Below, in pieces: positions 1 to 4,336 of a stretch of DNA of 4,336 nucleotides. Made by a program: the position numbers and the translations under genes. Source of the stretch: a virus (lineage: Duplodnaviria > Heunggongvirae > Uroviricota > Caudoviricetes); the IMG/VR virus record IMGVR_UViG_2711768011_000009. One strand, written 5' to 3'. Positions within the stretch are counted from its first letter, which is position 1. Each line of letters opens with the position of its first letter. The notes under the pieces were generated by a model. It did not search any database. It was given only the letters and a program-made list of their open reading frames with translations, and was not told the DNA's origin.

Positions 1-2
1 GG

Positions 3-212
3 TTATCGCTCGCCACGGGAATATCTGCGGCAGCGGGCTTGTAATGGGTTAAGTGATAACAGATGTCTGGAAATATAGGGGCAAATCCAATCGTCGCCGT
101 ATTCCCGTATTAACAGAGACCGTAGCCCGACGGGGAACTCCTTCTGCGCGAGTGTGCGGGAATAATCAAAAACGATGCACACCGGGGTTACCGGGTACAC
201 ATATTTCATCAT
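3..212 (-). CDS. hypothetical small protein (69 aa); weakly supported ORF
   Basis: Complete ORF on the minus strand beginning with tandem ATG ATG (plus-strand 207-212) and ending at a stop at 3-5. No convincing Shine-Dalgarno motif upstream, several rare codons (CTA, CGG, ATA, AGA), and no family I recognise. Supported only by ORF length and its position in an otherwise unassigned ~250-bp stretch. Confidence 0.2.
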   Translation of the reverse strand: MMKYVYPVTPVCIVFDYSRTLAQKEFPVGLRSLLIREYGDDWICPYISRHLLSLNPLQARCRRYSRGER

Positions 213-257
213 GCCAGCGAGTCCGGTTCTGGCACGGAAGAAACCGGACGTTATGAT

Positions 258-668
258 TTAGTGCGGAAATATTTGTGTAGTGTTCTGTATGTTCTCAGTA
301 AAGAGTAATGAATTATCAAAGGTATAGTAATACCTTTTGTTTTCGTGGATATTTGTAATCCATCTGAAAACCCCTGCTGTAGCAAGATTTTTCCTGTATT
401 CGTAAAATGATAACTCTCCTGATTTGAATCCTTTTAAGGTGGCTTCTATAAGGCATTTATTTTTTGAAAATCTTACATTTACAACCTTACCCTGTCCTTT
501 TATTAAAACCGTATTATCGTTTTCAAGAACAAGATGAATATTCTCTGTGGCTAAATAGTAAATGTAATGTGAGACATTGTGACGTTTTAGTTCAGAATAA
601 AACCAGTGATAGTTTAAATTATTTCGCACTTTATCGAATATTTGTTTAAAAATGGCAACCTGAGCCAT
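258..668 (-). CDS. hypothetical protein (~136 aa), AT-rich accessory gene; possibly a DUF1398 (YbcV/YdfO-like) prophage protein
   Basis: Minus-strand ORF with TAA stop at 258-260. The ORF track starts it at 683 (141 aa), but the second in-frame ATG at 666-668 is preceded by GGAAGG with ~7-nt spacing, so I prefer 258..668. Hand counts of two 60-nt slices give ~27-32% GC, against ~55% in a Nu1 slice. Same orientation as the small gene immediately upstream, 57 bp away. Family assignment is from recollection of genes found at this position in lambdoid prophages and is not verified. Confidence 0.6.
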   Translation of the reverse strand: MAQVAIFKQIFDKVRNNLNYHWFYSELKRHNVSHYIYYLATENIHLVLENDNTVLIKGQGKVVNVRFSKNKCLIEATLKGFKSGELSFYEYRKNLATAGVFRWITNIHENKRYYYTFDNSLLFTENIQNTTQIFPH

Positions 669-725
669 TGTAGTACCTTCCATGTGATATGAGGGGGCGT
701 AGTCTGCACGATTATCTAAATTGCT

Positions 726-959
726 TCAATCTGGTCTAACCTGTTTTCTGAGCAATTCAGTAATGTCACTCTTTTCTTTGTTTGCTTCAGGCGAAACTCT
801 TTTTTCTGAGCACAGTCTCCGGCGGCAGGCTTCAATGACCCAGGCTGAGAAATTCCCGGACCCTTTTTGAACAAGAGCGATGTTAATTTGTTCAATCATT
901 TGGTTAGGAAAGCGGATGTTGCGGGTTGTTGTTCTGCGGGTTCTGTTCTTCGTTGACAT
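726..959 (-). CDS. small Arc/MetJ-type ribbon-helix-helix-like DNA-binding protein (77 aa); resembles the YlcI/DUF3950-type ORF found next to cos in lambdoid phages
   Basis: Minus-strand ORF, ATG at 957-959, TGA at 726-728. The protein has a basic N-terminal tail (MSTKNRTRRTTTR), then NIRFP (beta-strand like Arc NLRWP), helix NQMIEQINIALVQKG, a G-S-G-N-F-S turn, and helix AWVIEACRRRL. This is the beta-helix-turn-helix layout of RHH repressors, and it contains the conserved NFS motif I associate with DUF3950. Weak AGGG ribosome-binding site ~8 nt upstream. Confidence 0.65.
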   Translation of the reverse strand: MSTKNRTRRTTTRNIRFPNQMIEQINIALVQKGSGNFSAWVIEACRRRLCSEKRVSPEANKEKSDITELLRKQVRPD

Positions 960-1128
960 GAGGTTGCCCTGTATTCAGTGTCGCTGATTTGTATTGTCTG
1001 AAGTTGTTTTTACGTTAAGTTGATGCAGATCAATTAATACGATACCTGCGTCATAATTGATTATTTGACGTGGTTTGATGGCGTAGATGCACGTTGTGAC
1101 ATGTAGATGATAATTATTATCATTTTGC

Positions 1129-1135
1129 GGGTCCT
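1129..1135 (+). other. cosQ: cosQ-like element (gggtcct), ~30 bp upstream of cosN
   Basis: Position relative to cosN matches my recollection of lambda cosQ, about 30 bp upstream of the cohesive-end segment. Exact boundaries are from memory and uncertain. Confidence 0.45.
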
Positions 1136-1158
1136 TTCCGGCGATCCGACAGGTTACG

Positions 1159-1170
1159 GGGCGGAAGGCG
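1159..1170 (+). other. cosN: cosN 12-nt cohesive-end segment, variant sequence GGGCGGAAGGCG
   Basis: Flanked by caggttacg on the left and cgcgggttttcgc on the right, exactly as the lambda 12-nt cohesive end GGGCGGCGACCT is. The left half GGGCGG is conserved; the right half differs (CGACCT in lambda, AAGGCG here). Confidence 0.75.
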
Positions 1171-1210
1171 CGCGGGTTTTCGCTATTTATGACAATTTTC
1201 CGGTTTAAGG

Positions 1211-1226
1211 CGTTTCCGTTCTTCTT
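1211..1226 (+). promoter_or_regulatory. cosB R3 element (gpNu1 binding site)
   Basis: cgtttccgttcttctt matches the lambda R-element core (CGTTTCC..TTC) at the expected offset from cosN, equivalent to lambda positions ~53-68. Confidence 0.7.
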
Positions 1227-1267
1227 CGCCGTAACCTAATGTTTTTATTTAAAACACCCCCTGAAAA

Positions 1268-1283
1268 GAAAGGAAACGACAGG
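1268..1283 (-). promoter_or_regulatory. cosB R2 element (gpNu1 binding site, inverted relative to R1 and R3)
   Basis: gaaaggaaacgacagg is the reverse complement of the R1 core (15 of 16 positions). An AT-rich stretch between R3 and R2 (~1236-1262) corresponds to the position of the IHF site I1 in lambda. Confidence 0.7.
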
Positions 1284-1306
1284 TGCTGAAAACGGGCTTT
1301 TTGGCC

Positions 1307-1322
1307 TCTGTCGTTTCCTTTC
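1307..1322 (+). promoter_or_regulatory. cosB R1 element (gpNu1 binding site)
   Basis: ctgtcgtttcctttc (1308-1322) forms an inverted repeat with R2 and lies ~25 bp upstream of the Nu1 start codon, as in lambda. Confidence 0.7.
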
Positions 1323-1347
1323 TCTGTTTTTGTCCGTGGAATGAACA

Positions 1348-1867
1348 ATGGAAGTCAACAAAAAGCAGCTGGCTGACATTTTCGGTGCGAGTATCCGTAC
1401 CATTCAGAACTGGCAGGAACAGGGAATGCCCGTTCTGCGAGGCGGTGGCAAGGGTAATGAGGTGCTTTATGACTCTGCCGCCGTTATAAGATGGTATGCC
1501 GAAAGGGATGCTGAAATTGAGAACGAAAAGCTGCGCCGGGAAGTTGAAGAACTGCGGCAGGCCAGCGAGACAGATCTCCAGCCAGGGACTATTGAGTACG
1601 AACGCCATCGACTTACGCGTGCGCAGGCCGACGCACAGGAGCTGAAAAATGCCAGAGACTCCGCTGAAGTGGTGGAAACCGCATTCTGTACTTTCGTGCT
1701 GTCGCGGATCGCAGGTGAAATTGCCAGTATTCTCGACGGGATCCCCCTGTCGGTGCAGCGGCGTTTTCCGGAACTGGAAAACCGACATGTTGATTTCCTG
1801 AAACGGGATATCATCAAAGCCATGAACAAAGCAGCCGCGCTGGATGAACTGATACCGGGGTTGCTGA

Positions 1868-1893
<26 letters not shown>
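1348..1893 (+). CDS. Nu1: terminase small subunit gpNu1 (181 aa)
   Basis: ORF translation MEVNKKQLADIFGASIRTIQNWQEQGMPVLRGGGKGNEV... matches lambda gpNu1 over its full length with a few substitutions. The N-terminal winged helix-turn-helix region that binds the cosB R-elements is present. Sits immediately downstream of cosB, and its 3' end overlaps the start of A by 26 nt, as in lambda. Confidence 0.95.

Positions 1894-4336
<2,443 letters not shown>

Larger units (their letters stand above)
1129..1330 (+). other. cos: cos site (cosQ-cosN-cosB), the terminase recognition and cleavage region, present as a joined junction
   Basis: The sequence ...ggtcctttccggcgatccgacaggttacg / gggcgg...cgcgggttttcgctatttatga... 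is near-identical to the lambda right-end/left-end junction as I recall it. It lies directly upstream of Nu1, as in lambda. The joined state implies a prophage, circular or concatemeric context rather than virion ends. Confidence 0.85.

Noticed and set aside
53-256. Plus-strand ORF of 67 aa (MITDVWKYRGKSNRRRIPVL...)
   Set aside because: Arg-rich, low-complexity translation that overlaps the minus-strand ORF 3..212, with no recognisable start context or family. Most likely a chance ORF.
464-649. Plus-strand ORF of 61 aa inside the AT-rich region
   Set aside because: Lies entirely antisense within the better-supported minus-strand 136-aa gene. AT-rich sequence readily yields short spurious ORFs.
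258-959. The idea that the RHH plus 136-aa gene pair is a novel toxin-antitoxin or anti-phage defence system
   Set aside because: Not supported enough to assert. The architecture is suggestive, but both genes most likely belong to uncharacterised families (YlcI/DUF3950-like and YbcV/DUF1398-like) that recur at this position in lambdoid prophages, and no catalytic or toxin motif is evident. Kept as a hypothesis in the findings rather than a call.
1249-1829. Minus-strand ORFs of 179 aa and 120 aa, and a plus-strand 68-aa ORF (1283..1489), overlapping cosB and Nu1
   Set aside because: They are antisense to, or out of frame with, the Nu1 gene, whose product matches lambda gpNu1 end to end. The 179-aa ORF would also run across the cosB protein-binding sites.

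Overview
This window is the DNA-packaging end of a lambda-type (lambdoid) phage or prophage, probably from an enterobacterial host. From left to right it holds a short AT-rich accessory segment on the minus strand (a small Arc-like DNA-binding gene and a ~136-aa hypothetical gene), a joined cos site (cosQ, cosN, cosB), then the co-directional head-packaging genes Nu1 (terminase small subunit), A (terminase large subunit), W and the first 39 codons of B (portal). The translated Nu1, A, W and B products match my recollection of phage lambda almost residue for residue, so most of the window is canonical, well-described biology. Gene A is broken by two runs of N (118 nt and 204 nt), so its integrity cannot be judged here. 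I do not see convincing evidence of a novel multi-gene system. The points worth follow-up are a cosN core that differs from the canonical lambda cohesive end at 5 of 12 positions, the AT-rich two-gene cluster beside cos, and the N-masked gene A. No tRNA, rRNA, CRISPR array or transposase/IS signature was recognised.
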